Notes under the pieces: generated by a model | The model's input: only the letters and a program-made list of their open reading frames with translations | Database searches by the model: none | Told to the model about the DNA's origin: nothing | Translations under genes and position numbers: made by a program | Origin: Saprolegnia diclina VS20 | Lineage: Eukaryota | NCBI RefSeq assembly: GCF_000281045.1 | Contig: NW_008246083.1 | Coordinates: 632,186 to 696,185, forward strand | Direction of reading: 5' to 3' | DNA length: 64,000 nucleotides | Part shown: positions 36,400 to 48,943 of the stretch, in pieces | How the letters are laid out: every line of letters starts with the position of its first letter | Position numbering within the stretch: the stretch's first letter is position 1

Positions 36400-38099
36400 T
36401 TACAAGCCAAAGAGGCCGCCCATGTTGCCGGCATACGCCATCGGGCGGATCGGCGGGTGTTCCTACCGACTATGAGACATGTATACTGGAAGAGAGCACG
36501 TACGACGGCCGTAAACTGCGTAAAGCGGGGCTTGAGGTCCTTGTAAAAGTGGATGAACGCGCCCTTGTTGCCCATCTGGTCGCAGTAGTTGGGCGCGCTG
36601 AACACCGTGATGCACTTCTCATCGTGCTCGACGAGGTAGCCTTCGTCCTTGACCTCGTGCGACCGCACGAGCAGCTCTAGCCCAACGATTCATACGACAA
36701 TCTGTGGCAGCCGAGTGTACCGAGGCCGTTGTGCGCCAGAAAGGCCTTGGTCACGTCCGGGCCAAAGCTGAGGCCAATGCCACGCTTGGACGGCCCGCGG
36801 CCCGGGAACGGCTGCGGGTCCGACCACATGAGGTCCGACATGAGCCCCGACTCGGGCGGCTCGCGGTTGCGGTCAATCTTCTCAATGTCGGCGAGCGAGA
36901 CGCTGTCTTGGTGGAAGAGGCCGCCGTGGACGACGAGCACCTTGTTCTCAATGCACGCGGCGAGCGGCAGCCAGTTGAAGACCTCCGAGAAGAGGTTCAT
37001 CACGACGTCGTCGTACTTGTGCTTGACTTCGCCTTCAAAGCCATAGATCTTGTTCATGTTCTTCGACTCGTGGTTGCCGCGGAGGAGGTGCACGTGCGAC
37101 GGGAACGCGAGCTTCATGATGAAGAGCGTGAGCACGACCTCGAGGCTGAACGACCCGCGGTCGACAAAGTCGCCGTTGAAGAGGTACGGGTTCGTCTCAC
37201 TTGGGAGCCCGTTCATCTCGAAAATGTTGCACACGTCGTAGAATTGCCCTAAAAAGTACACTCAAATAACGAGGGTAGGGTTCGGGGTACCGTGCGTGTC
37301 GCCGCAGACCGTGATGCGCGCCTCGTCGTGCGTCCCGAGCGGAATGCGCAGCAGCGACGGCAGCGACATGAAGAGCTCCTTGATTGACAAGAGGACCTGG
37401 ATGACGTACTTGCGGTGGAGCAGCTTCCCGCGCTTGAAGTGGTCGAGCACTTTGACCATAAAGTCCGCGTCCGGCGTCACCGGCAAGTGCGGCCCGTCGT
37501 AGCTCGCATCGACGACTACCAGTATGAGCAATCGAGGATGATGCCATCAAGCGACGTACCCATGGCGTTGACGTCGATCGTGTCGGAGAGCGGGCGGTTG
37601 CGCTCGGATTGAATGGCCTCGGCGAACGCCGCCTGGCGAATGAGCTGCTCGCAGAGCTTCTGCTTGCTCTTGGCTTCGGCGCTCGACGGCTTCATCTTGA
37701 CGACCGTCCGGTAGTCGCGCAGCGCGTCCTTGAGATGACCCAGCGGCAAGTTGGCCGACGCCCGACGGTAGTATGCTGGTGCATCGTCATGTTGCATTGT
37801 TCACAACATGGCAGCGTACCTTTGATGTACGTCGGGTCGAGCTTGATGGCCTCAGAGGCGTCGGTGAGCGCGAGGCCGTAGCTCTCCATCTTGATGTGCG
37901 CGGCCGCGCGGTTCGAGTAGTAGATGGCGGTCGGCGTGATGCCAATGGCCGTCGTGTACAGCTCGACCGCCAGCGACAGCTTGTGCTCCTTGAGCGCTTC
38001 GTTGCCCTGGTTCTTGAAGGCCTCGGCGCGGTCCTTCGACTCGCTCGACACTTGGTGGGCGGCGCCAACGGCGACTGCGGTCGGATGCGTGGTGGCCAT
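36400..38099 (-). CDS. PPP5C: Serine/threonine protein phosphatase 5 (TPR + PPP catalytic domain)
   Basis: TPRs [67 protein letters not shown]-terminal [10 protein letters not shown]. Confidence 0.96.
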
Positions 38100-38358
38100 C
38101 TCTCGTTGTGGCCGACGGCTGCAACCTGGCAGCGCATCCGGATCCGGATACAAAGAACGATCCTGGATCGCGCCTTCTAGCCGGGACAGCGCCATCAACG
38201 CAGCGGTCGCCGACCGCTCGTGGTCCTTCTCGTTCACGAGCATGGTGTCGCTGCAGTTGCTGCTTGCTAGAGAGCTCTGCCGTGGGCGATGCGCGATGTA
38301 CATTTGCATTTGAACTTCAAGAAATGGACCTGCGTTCTATCATCCATCGTCCGATGGC

Positions 38359-41232
38359 ATGTCTCTTCCGCGCAACGACGGTGCCTCGCCGCCGGCCCGC
38401 GTGGCCGCCATGACCTCGCAAGCGCTCGCATCTCGTCGGCGGCGTGGGACCGGCGGCAGATTCCTCCCATGGCGTGCACGCTGGTATCTTCGCCGGGCGC
38501 GTGTGATTGGCTTGTTACAGCGCGTGTATCAACCGTCTCCACTTTGCACTTTGCGTGATAGGAAGATGGCGCACCGCCGGCGCCAGCGCCAGCTCGAGAA
38601 GCGGACGTACGCCGAGACGCGCGCGCGCGCGAGCTTGCAGCTGCTCGCGAAAGGCTCTCTCTGGCAGGCAGTGAGCGCCAAGCAGAACGTAAGTCTCTCC
38701 AAGACAACCGCCGAGTACAAGGCCGCGCGCGCCGTCACCAAGATCCACGCGCGCCTCCCGCACGCAATCAAGATGCTCTTCCAGGCCGCCGAGTCGACGC
38801 CAGCCTTCCAGACGTGGGCGCGCGCGGTTTATCCCGACACGTACCTTGACGCAGCGATTGTCGAGCACCTCTACGACGAGACCGACGTGCCGTTCGAGAA
38901 GCGCGCGACGACCAAGTGGTTTGCGTTGGCCTCTCCCAAGTCCAAGCTCCTTCGCGGCCACGACTACTACGTCGTCGAGTGGATTGGCGTCGAGTCGGAT
39001 GCCCACGGCCGCTTCGTCGCCTGCTACCTCTTCCAGGAGTCTCTCGCCGACATGGCAGCGATCGGCCGCGACGTTGGCTGCGACCGCGCTCACATTGACG
39101 CGCTCATTGTCAAGCTCGAGCGCGCCGACGACCAGTCGCTTCTGTGCTCGCTGGCCTTCCAGATCGTGCCGTCCTCGACTTCGAGCCTCCCCTTTACGCG
39201 CCCGGCGGCTCTCGACATGGCGTATCGACTCGCCAAAGGCCTNNNNNNNNNNNNNNNNNNNNNNNNNNNNNNNNNNNNNNNNNNNNNNNNNNNNNNNNNN
39301 NNNNNNNNNNNNNNNNNNNNNNNNNNNNNNNNNNNNNNNNNNNNNNNNNNNNNNNNNNNNNNNNNNNNNNNNNNNNNNNNNNNNNNNNNNNNNNNNNNNN
39401 NNNNNNNNNNNNNNNNNNNNNNNNNNNNNNNNNNNNNNNNNNNNNNNNNNNNNNNNNNNNNNNNNNNNNNNNNNNNNNNNNNNNNNNNNNNNNNNNNNNN
39501 NNNNNNNNNNNNNNNNNNNNNNNNNNNNNNNNNNNNNNNNNNNNNNNNNNNNNNNNNNNNNNNNNNCGCAATTGCTGAGCGACCATGACACGTCGTCGTC
39601 ACTGCAGCTCTCGTCGATCGCATCCCCCATGTCGTACGCGACGCTGTCCGAGTCGGCCATCGAGGGTCTCTTGGCGCTCGACGATTCGCAGAGCGGACAA
39701 TCCTTTGTAAACGCGTCGTCGTTTGGCCCGAGCTTCGATCCCAGCGTTTTCGAGTCCAACATGGCGATGAAGAACGCCGATTTGAGCATCCTCGAGCACC
39801 CGGATGCGACCTTTGAGGGCCCGAGCCTCGTGGCGGTGGGGTCGGCGTGGGCGCTCGAGCTCGATGTCGAAGACGCTGTCATCGTGGCGCTTGCCGACCT
39901 CCGCGCGTCGATTGGCCACGCGCACTTTCTCGTTGTGAGCTACTCGAGCAACTGGTCGCCGGAAGACATTCAGCTGCTCTTGGCCACGCATGCGCCGGAC
40001 GTACCGTACGTTGGCGGTACGATCGCGCGGGGTATCTGCGACGACGAAGCGTGGATCGCCAAGCACAAGCACAGCAACGAAGGATTGATTGCGATTTGGG
40101 GCGTGCACGACCCGCTCGGAACGTACGTCGTCGGGCACACCGAGTACGACCAGCTCTCGGCGCGGCGCGAGGTCCACCACGCCATGGCCACGTCGTACAT
40201 GTCGACGGGTGCGACGCCGGTGCGAATCTCTTGGACAAAATTTGGTGGGACTCAAGACCAAGTAGGAGTTTTGCATGCTCTTTGCGAGCCCGCTGTTTAT
40301 CGAAGATGCGCTGGAAGGCGCGCGGAGCGGCGCGCGGCACTGCCCGCTCGTCGGCGGCTGCGCGACGAGTGCCAACTCCAAGACGTGGTCGCAGATCAGC
40401 AGTGCGCGCGGCTTCACGCAGCTCGGGCTGAGCTACTGCCTCGCGGCGCCGAGCGTCAAGACTGTCGTGTCGTGGTTCTCGGGCTACGGGTCGCTGGCCG
40501 CTCACGACTGCGTCGGGCCCGCCACCGACGTCGCCCACAAGACCGTGCACGAAATCAGCGGTCGCCCGGCCGCCGATGTCTACTACGAGGTAGTATACAA
40601 GCCCATGATGGCGGACGTGCGTCATTCATACTGGCGTAGTGGCTCGCGATGGCGGCCGAGAAGAACCAGACAGACCTTGGCAAGACGCGGCTGCCAAAGC
40701 TTGGCAACATTCACCCGATCGGCGTGCTCATTCCCACGTCGCCGGCGTCCGGCGACCTCGTTGTGCGCAACACGCCCGTGGTCCTGGACCTCACGGCGCA
40801 TTCGGTGACTGTCTCCAGCCCCATCGAAGTCGGTGCGACGATCGCGCTCATGGAGCTCTCAACCGAGACGCTGCTTGCGGCCGTTGAATCGGTACGCGCG
40901 CGTTTGGCGTTCACTCGATAGATTGATACTACGTTGCTGCGTACTAGTGGGGACAGGAAATCACGTCCCAGCATCTACTGCCGACGAGCCAAGTGACCGG
41001 GTGCTTGCTCTTCATGTCGGCAAGCGTTCAAGCTCTGCTGGGGGCGTCCGCGATGGCCGAAATGGTCGGCGCGTGCCAACGCTGGACCAAGAACGCGCCG
41101 TTCCTGGCGCTCAGCACGTACGGGCAGATTGGCCAAGCGACGGACCACGGGCACTCGACACCACTCTACGACCCGCTTATGTTTGCCTCGGTCGTCTTCA
41201 CAAGCGAGAGCAAGCGCGCCAGCGACGCCTAA
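38359..41232 (+). CDS. START-like N-terminal domain plus FIST-N/FIST-C domains (spans gap; could be two genes)
   Basis: 5' part resembles oomycete START-like domains (KWFALASPKSKLLRGHDYYVVEWIG); 3' part PDVPYVGGT..G, PLVGG, VHEISGRPAADVY, GCLLFMS, PFLALSTYGQIG is FIST-like. Confidence 0.7.
39243..39566. other. Assembly gap
   Basis: Run of N. Confidence 1.
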
Positions 41233-41496
41233 CGCGAGTACTTTGTGATGTATGTGCGTCAAACTACTGCCGCCGAAGGGCAACGTGTGGGCTTCGAGTT
41301 GTCGCGACACACAGTGTCCTTCAGGCTTGATGGGCGTGAACACTGCCAATGCGCTGGGCAGCTTTCACATACTAGTCCCCGGTCGACGCTCTCGCGGCTT
41401 GGGTCAAACCGTGTCAAAAAAGCACCAATCAGAAAAGCGAAACATTTTGACCAATGGCCTTGCGACGTGTCGTTCGGTTGCTGACGCATCGTTGCG

Positions 41497-43044
41497 ATGC
41501 TGATGCTGCATGTGGGCTGGCTCCTTGCGGCCTTGGCGGCGCCCGTGGCCGGCTTCTGGGGCAACGCGGAGCCGCTCTTTACGGACAGCTTCAACATCGA
41601 ACCGCTGACGCAAGACACCTTTGACAAGACGGTGCTCGACGACGCGTCTGGCAACGTCTGGCTCATCGACTTTTATGCGCCGTGGTGTCCGCACTGCCGC
41701 CACTTTGCACCGCATTACGAGGCGGTCGCCGACCACTACGCGCCGTCGCCGTCCATTCACTTTGGCGCGGTCGACTGCACGGTGCACGGCGACATTTGCT
41801 CGCGCTACGAGATCCTCGGGTACCCGGCGCTGCGGGCCTTCCATCTCGAGCCGAAGGCGGTCAGTATGCCCTTCTCGCCGCGGCCAAAGTCGTTCGAGAC
41901 CGTCGTCAAGTGGATCGAGTCGGCGATGGCCGAGAAGAATCGCACGACGGGGGTCGAGTTGCCCGACTTTAGCGCGTTCAAGCTCGACGGCCCCAAGAAG
42001 AACATGCGTCAGCACAAGGCCGACGACGCCACCAAGGTGGCCACCGTTGACGCGCGCGCCGATCGCCTGCGGGACGCCGGCCACGCGCTCCTCTTTGCGC
42101 TCGAGACGTCCTTCTTCATGGGCACTGACGTGCTCGACGGTGCGCGGTATGCTGCCGCGCGCGCCTGGCTGCGGCTGCTCCGGTCGCTCTTCCCGCTCGA
42201 GGCCAACAAGACGCAGCTTGGTGAGCTACTGTATCGCTTTGAGAGCCAGAGTTCGTGGAGCAGCGACGAGTGGCGCCTCCTGGTTGCGCTCTGGAAGTCG
42301 GACGTGCACGGGAAGACTTACCCGAAGGACCTCTTTTCACGCAAGAGCTTTGCGGTGTGCGAGAACTTTACCTGTGGCATTTGGCTCCTCTTCCACGAGC
42401 TCACGGTCGCCGAGATTCCTGCGACGTCGACGCTCACGCCACTCGAGGTTGCGCTCGAAATCCGGTCGTTTGTCGAGCATTTCTTTGGCTGCGAGCTCTG
42501 CCGCCTGCACTTTCTAAAAGCCAACCCGACGCCAAAGCTCGAGATGCTGCTCGGGCACAGCCACAATGCCACGAGCGCACTCGTGCTGTGGATGTACCAC
42601 ATGCACAACACGGTCAACGTCCGCGTCGAGCACGACGTTTGGCCGTCCAAAGCGGTACGTGGTTCGATGTTTTGGCTATGTTTGCTCGATTTTTGCTTGA
42701 TTTTTCAAGCTTGCTAATTGTTGCGTGTGCAGGAGTGCAAGCGCTGTTACTCGACCGACGAAGCGACGACCGACAAGGCGCTGCTCGCCGAGCCCGCGAT
42801 CCTCAAGTACATGCAGCAGGCGTACCGGTTTCCGGCTTCGGACGCCGACGTCGACCGACCGGTTGTTGACAGCGAAGTGGCCATGGCCGCCGACGGCACC
42901 GCGCTCAAGGGCGCGTCGACATGGGAAGCGTACACGCCGTCGACACCGATTGAGTTTGCGCCGTTTCTGCTGCTTGGCTTTGTGGTGTACCTTGCGTACT
43001 GCCGCAAGCACGCGCGGTCGCACGAAGCCGCCAAGGAGTCGTAG
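41497..43044 (+). CDS. QSOX: Quiescin sulfhydryl oxidase (thioredoxin + Erv), signal peptide and C-terminal TM; 2 exons
   Basis: FYAPWCPHC thioredoxin; FTCGIWLLFH, HFFGCELCRLHF, LWMYHMHNTVN, WPS..ECKRC Erv motifs. Confidence 0.93.
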
Positions 43045-43140
43045 TCTCGTCTCTGTAGTACTCTTCAGCATTCGAGCAACAGTAGACACATTGCTATTAC
43101 GCGCTACGAGCTGTACGAGCTCGGTGCTCTTCGAGTCTTT

Positions 43141-44373
43141 TCAACTAGTTTGCTTGTTTCGTGTCCAAGCAAACCCGAGGCGGTCGAGGTCGGCGCGGCG
43201 CGCGTCCGTGAGGCCGTCGTGACGCTGCGCACGCAGCCGCTGGACGATGAGGCCAAGCGGCATCCACCACAGTCGGTCGGGCCACCTCTTGTCGTTCTGC
43301 GGGACCGTAAACGTAGTCGGCACGTTCGTCGTACCATACAGCGCCTTGTAGTGCGCGAGGGCTTGGAGCTTGCGCGCCCACTCGGCCTCAAAGTACTGCC
43401 ACGCAAAGCCGAGCGCGTTGAGCGCAGCCCGTCGCTCGTCAGAGAGCGTCTCGCTGGCGCGGAGGTTGGCGACAACGTGACCAAGCTCCATCTCCCACAC
43501 ATCGCGCGGCCACTCGAGGTCGTCTTCAGGTACGAGGAAGCCTTGGGGCACATCGACATGGCCATACAGCGCTTTGTAGGTTGTGAGCGCGCGCAGCTTC
43601 CGGTCCCACTCGGCCTCGTTCATGTCCCATACAAAGTCGAGGGCGTTGAGGGCGTCCATGCGCTCGGACGGCAGCGCGTCGGCGTGGTGGCGGAAGGTCG
43701 CGACTGCGTCGCCGAGTCTTAGCTGCCAAATCTCGGGCGGCCAGCCGTCGTGCACGGGCACGACAAAGTCTCGGGGGACGTGGAGGTTGCCATAGATCTT
43801 GCGGTACGTGGCGAGCGCGAGCAGCTTCTTCTCCCACTGCCACACGCGCACGTGCCACACAAACCCCATTGCATCCAGGACGCGACGCTTCGCGATGGGC
43901 AAGGCGCCTTGCTGCGCGAGCCGGCGAAAGCTGTACACGACCATGCCGAGTTGAAGGCCGCGCAAGTCCTTGGGCCACGACGTGTCGTCGGCAGCGATGG
44001 TAAAGCTCGGCACGATGTGCAGCGAGCCGAACCGGGCTTTGTACGCCTCGAGCGCTTCGAGGTTGCGCTCCCAGACGTGCTCACGCTGGCGCCATACGAA
44101 CCGCAGCTGCTTAAGCTCGTCGATGATCTCGGGCGCGAGCGTGCCTTGCTCGTACGCGGCGCGCACGTGGTAGACGGAGACGGTCGTCGACCAAGCCGCC
44201 GGTGGCCAAGGTGCTGCATCTGGCACGCGAAAGACAGCTGGCAGCAGCGTGTAGTCCGAGGTCGGTGCCTGGAGGTCGCGGAAGACGCGGACGACGTCGA
44301 CGAACGCGCGCTGCTTCTCGAGCGGCAAGCGCTTCGTGGCGAAGGTCGCCCGCTGCAGGTGTCGGAGCAGCAT
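43141..44373 (-). CDS. Helicase-associated (HA) domain repeat protein
   Basis: Five repeats like W..KL.AL..YK..YG...VP..F.VP.....WP...W...LG..V..LR......R...L..LGF.W. Confidence 0.88.
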   Translation of the reverse strand: MLLRHLQRATFATKRLPLEKQRAFVDVVRVFRDLQAPTSDYTLLPAVFRVPDAAPWPPAAWSTTVSVYHVRAAYEQGTLAPEIIDELKQLRFVWRQREHVWERNLEALEAYKARFGSLHIVPSFTIAADDTSWPKDLRGLQLGMVVYSFRRLAQQGALPIAKRRVLDAMGFVWHVRVWQWEKKLLALATYRKIYGNLHVPRDFVVPVHDGWPPEIWQLRLGDAVATFRHHADALPSERMDALNALDFVWDMNEAEWDRKLRALTTYKALYGHVDVPQGFLVPEDDLEWPRDVWEMELGHVVANLRASETLSDERRAALNALGFAWQYFEAEWARKLQALAHYKALYGTTNVPTTFTVPQNDKRWPDRLWWMPLGLIVQRLRAQRHDGLTDARRADLDRLGFAWTRNKQTS

Positions 44374-44491
44374 CGATGTCGCTTCAAGGCCATTGGTCGA
44401 ATTCACGAGCGGGAGATTCCTTTGTTGCGAGTGCCGTGCCTTCTTTTTCACCGATGACTCTCTGTGCTATCGATATGACGGAAATAGTGTA

Positions 44492-45125
44492 NNNNNNNNN
44501 NNNNNNNNNNNNNNNNNNNNNNNNNNNNNNNNNNNNNNNNNNNNNNNNNNNNNNNNNNNNNNNNNNNNNNNNNNNNNNNNNNNNNNNNNNNNNNNNNNNN
44601 NNNNNNNNNNNNNNNNNNNNNNNNNNNNNNNNNNNNNNNNNNNNNNNNNNNNNNNNNNNNNNNNNNNNNNNNNNNNNNNNNNNNNNNNNNNNNNNNNNNN
44701 NNNNNNNNNNNNNNNNNNNNNNNNNNNNNNNNNNNNNNNNNNNNNNNNNNNNNNNNNNNNNNNNNNNNNNNNNNNNNNNNNNNNNNNNNNNNNNNNNNNN
44801 NNNNNNNNNNNNNNNNNNNNNNNNNNNNNNNNNNNNNNNNNNNNNNNNNNNNNNNNNNNNNNNNNNNNNNNNNNNNNNNNNNNNNNNNNNNNNNNNNNNN
44901 NNNNNNNNNNNNNNNNNNNNNNNNNNNNNNNNNNNNNNNNNNNNNNNNNNNNNNNNNNNNNNNNNNNNNNNNNNNNNNNNNNNNNNNNNNNNNNNNNNNN
45001 NNNNNNNNNNNNNNNNNNNNNNNNNNNNNNNNNNNNNNNNNNNNNNNNNNNNNNNNNNNNNNNNNNNNNNNNNNNNNNNNNNNNNNNNNNNNNNNNNNNN
45101 NNNNNNNNNNNNNNNNNNNNNNNNN
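44492..45125. other. Assembly gap
   Basis: Run of N. Confidence 1.
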
Positions 45126-45902
45126 AACCCAACTCTGACAACTCGCCACGATTTGTTGTTTTTACGAATAGACCATTGGTTGTTGTTGAAGTGGGGCAAT
45201 TCATGTTACTGAGCAGAGCTGGCTGGACGTATTCAACAGAGCTCGCTGGAGACAATTGTCTCACGGGGTTTGTTGTTGAATGGTTCTTCTACTGAAATAA
45301 CTACTAGTAGTAGTAGTTAGTCCAGAGGACCACGTTGCCAAACGACGCAAACGTTCGCAGCTCGTTGTTGGTGGATCAAATGTGCTGACCGCTCGTCGTG
45401 GCCACCAATAAGGTATTGGGCGTTGAAGGGTTAATATGCCCAAGCGAATGAAATAATTATTCGCTTGAGTAGGCTACGCATCAGCTACATATTATGTTGA
45501 GTTGCCCCTAGACCAGAGAGGCTCGATGCCCAAAGGCGGGTGTGATTTGTTGTACAGCGCTCAGTTGTCGTCGCGGGACTTGTCAAAATTTTGTATTCAA
45601 CACTGTTTGAGCCTTGGAGCGAACGTTTAAACGAGCAGCGTCGTGCAACAGAGATCGTCTTGACGATAGTCCTTCATCGCTCCAGGGACGCGTGGACGCA
45701 CTCGTGACCCGCACGGTTATACAAACCTAATCGTTGGCGACGACCCTGGCCACGGCGCTGGTGCACAGTGGTACAGCGTCTAACATTCCCACGCCACCGG
45801 CCTCGCTGGATGGGCCTCCTGTGACGTCTGCAACACGACCCAAATTGCCTTCTGGACCAGCTGCTCCCATCACTGTACCGATTGTGCCATACATCATTTG
45901 GC

Positions 45903-46331
45903 ATGGCCAGTGCCACCTGCCTCTTCTGGGGCTGCGGCAACGCCGCCGAGCCAGCGGCCACGAAATGCACGTTCCACAAGTACCGGCGAAAGTGCGTGGT
46001 CGACGACTGCTTCAACCAGGTCTACGCGCGCCTCCGCTGCGTGAGCCACGGCGGCAAGAAGCTCTGCAAGCACCCGCAGTGCGAAACCCCGGCGCGCCGC
46101 GGCTGCTTTTGCTCCAAACACACGCTCAAGGTCACGCGCCCGGCCCTTCCAAAGTCCCCGTGCGCTGTCGAGGGTTGTGGCTTGCGGAAGCGCGTCGGCG
46201 GCTACTGCTGGCGCCATCGCAATCGCGTTGCACCGCCCGCGTCGTTTGCCGACCTCGACGACGACACGCAAGTGCTCGACGACCTCCCGCAGCTTTTCGA
46301 GTGGCTTCAAGTCGAGTTTGCTACGGCTTGA
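45903..46331 (+). CDS. WRKY19-like zinc-finger repeat protein, subfamily B, acidic C-terminus
   Basis: CVVDDCFNQVYARLRCVSHGGKKLCKHPQC...CAVEGC..GGYCWRH; paralog of 25335-25898. Confidence 0.87.
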   Translation: MASATCLFWGCGNAAEPAATKCTFHKYRRKCVVDDCFNQVYARLRCVSHGGKKLCKHPQCETPARRGCFCSKHTLKVTRPALPKSPCAVEGCGLRKRVGGYCWRHRNRVAPPASFADLDDDTQVLDDLPQLFEWLQVEFATA

Positions 46332-47110
46332 CACTGTGTACAACCATTAAACTATGCTATTTGAGTCCGTTCGAGTTATAGGAGTAGGCCACACAGTGTT
46401 TTAAGTCGCTGGGCAACTAACCAGCATCACGCACGAGTCCTTTTTCTTGGCGAAGGCGACTGCGCGTTATGGGGCCGGCCACGCTACCGCGGGGGACACC
46501 CTCGGGGGACATGGACGTCACGGCTGTGGAAGGCAGGTGTGGAGAACGCGTCATGGTGCCAGCCACGGCAGTCTTCTTCGGGGTGGACGACACTGTGGTT
46601 GAAAGCAACATGGGGCTGATCTGCACGTCGGTGAGCCGGCGGACGACCCACGCTTCAACGCCCGTCGACGTCCACCGGCGCGCGAGACAGAAGTGCGACG
46701 CCATCTCGCGCGGATCCACCGGGTACAAATGTGCCTTGCCTTGCTCGTAGGCTATCGCAATGTAGATGCGGCACTCAGCTTCGGTGAGGCGCTGCATGGC
46801 TCCCGAGTCCAAATTGCACATCTGGAGAAGAAATGCACCAGACCGCTTGACAGGACACGACTGAGGCAACGGGAGACCGCCTTGTCCCACACACCAGATA
46901 AGATCTGGTTCGGTCCATTCTCGTACAGACCCACAAGTGCCAATGTGGTCTACCAGAGCAAGAAGCTGTTTGAATCCCAACGGCGGGAACTCGATGGAAA
47001 GATTTGTGTCGGTTAGAAGAAACGTCGCTTAGGAGAGGACGCACATAGTATACTATTTCAAGCACGTAAAATGGTGTGCGTAGTGTGCAACGGCTTCGTT
47101 CAACAAGGTG

Positions 47111-48472
47111 ATGGCGGACGACGCCGACGCGTGGGCCGCCGACCGGCGCCAGTGCCAGCGGTACGCATTCTTCAGCTGCGCGGCCGGCGCCGTCGCCTTG
47201 GCCTCTACGTACGAGCGCTGCTTGAGCGCCCACTGCGGCAGCCTCGAGGCCATCGTCGAGCTCGCGGCCAAGTCCAAGCCCAGCGTCCTTGCGCTCCTCA
47301 ACGTGTACATGCTGTGCCTCTACGCGGTCTTCCATGCAGCCTCGCCGATGGTCTTTGGCGGCGTTCGCCTCGCCGAAGTTGGCCGCGTCCGCGAGCACAT
47401 GCTCCAGTTCCTCGTCCTGCGCTGCATCCTGCTCCTCAACACGCTCGGCAGCGTCGGTTTCCCGACAATGCTTCGCCTCGTGGGCTGGATGTCAATGCTC
47501 ACGCTACTACACGCAACGCTGACGCTCCTGCGTCTGCGACTGAGCTACGTACGTAGTCGAAGCTACCGATGTATCACGAGCTCAAGCATGGTCTAGGCGG
47601 GATTGCCCGATCACGCTGCCGGTACCATCCTCGCCGTGGCCCTCGTGCTGCTTCTCGGACTCCTAGCAACGTCCTGGCTTGTGTTTTCTGCTGCGTCCTC
47701 GGTGTTGTGTCTGCTGACGTGCACCGAGGCGCTCTTAGCACTCGTCAAGTGGGCACACACGGTGCTGCTCGTGCTCGGCCCGCGCCTCGAGCGCGATCTG
47801 CTGCTGCTCCAGGCGCAGTTTATACTGGACGTGGCGCACCTTATTGGCTTGCTCGCACAGTACATGGGGGTCCTCTCCCTCGGCGGTTTTCGCGTTTCCT
47901 TTCTGGACTTTGTGCTCGTGATGAACGTCAAGCGGACGCTGAGCAAAGCCCAAGGCCGACTGGCCGCGTACTACGACTACACGGCGATCCTTGCAGAGCT
48001 CTCGACAGCGTACGACAGCAATACTGCTCCTATAAGAGCGTATATTGGATTGCAATAGGCTGCCCGACGTCGCCTGCAGCCGCACCGACGAGCATGGCGA
48101 GGCCTTCGTCTGCGCCATTTGTCTCGCTCCCTTGGGCGTGGCCAAGCAGCTCGAGTGCGGCCACTGCTTCCACCTCGGGTGCCTACGACAGTGCTTTCAG
48201 GTAGGCGCATTTCCATAGTTGGTGCTGGGGCGAATGAGGTTGGCTCAGGAACAAATGCGCCTCGAGAAGCCGTGGCAGTGTGCGCTGTGTCGCAAGCTCG
48301 TGTCCCGGGCCCACCCGACGCCGTGGCGGGCGCACCGAAGGCATGACATGGGCGACGATGTCATCACATCCCTCTTTTCGTTTGGTACGAGTGCCATGAT
48401 GTTAGTTTCTGCGACTTAAGCTGGTGTTACGAACTAGGGAATGATGATAATGGCCCGCCCGGAGCGACGTAA
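47111..48472 (+). CDS. Polytopic membrane RING-H2 E3 ubiquitin ligase (HRD1/AMFR-like), multi-exon
   Basis: VFGGVRLAEVGRVRE motif, several TM segments, then CAICL....AKQLECGHCFHLGCLRQ...CALCR. Confidence 0.8.
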
Positions 48473-48943
48473 ATTCCATTGTAATCTATTGAATATATAT
48501 ATACATTGTGTACCCTTTGCCTGTGTCTCGCAGGACGTAGCGGTGTCACTGCTCACTCCCGAGGACGGACGCTGCTCGTCTCGGTGGTAAAGCTCAAGTC
48601 GAATGAAACCTGGTCAGGGTACTTCAAGCACGCTCCGCGCGCCACGTCATACAATGTTAGTTGCTATGTCTAAAAACACCGCTCTTACGCTGCCTCGCAG
48701 TGCCTAGTACGCTTGGGAAGCTCGTCACCGCCTCACTCAATCGACAACAAAACAGCTCTATCCATTTTCTATCGTGTACCTTGCGTCATACTGTGCTTCT
48801 TCGCTTCTTGGTAGCGCGACAGGCGAGTATGACGGTAAAGTGACGTGCAAATAGCCAATTTCGTGACCAGCTTGACCAGCAGTTTTATCCGGTCGACCGG
48901 ATATAGCTTCGGACCGGCAGCCACCGAAACCACTAAGAGGACG

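Noticed and set aside
46417..46980. 187-aa minus-strand ORF
   Set aside because: No recognisable domain and codon usage unlike neighbouring genes; may be a decayed fragment but cannot be supported
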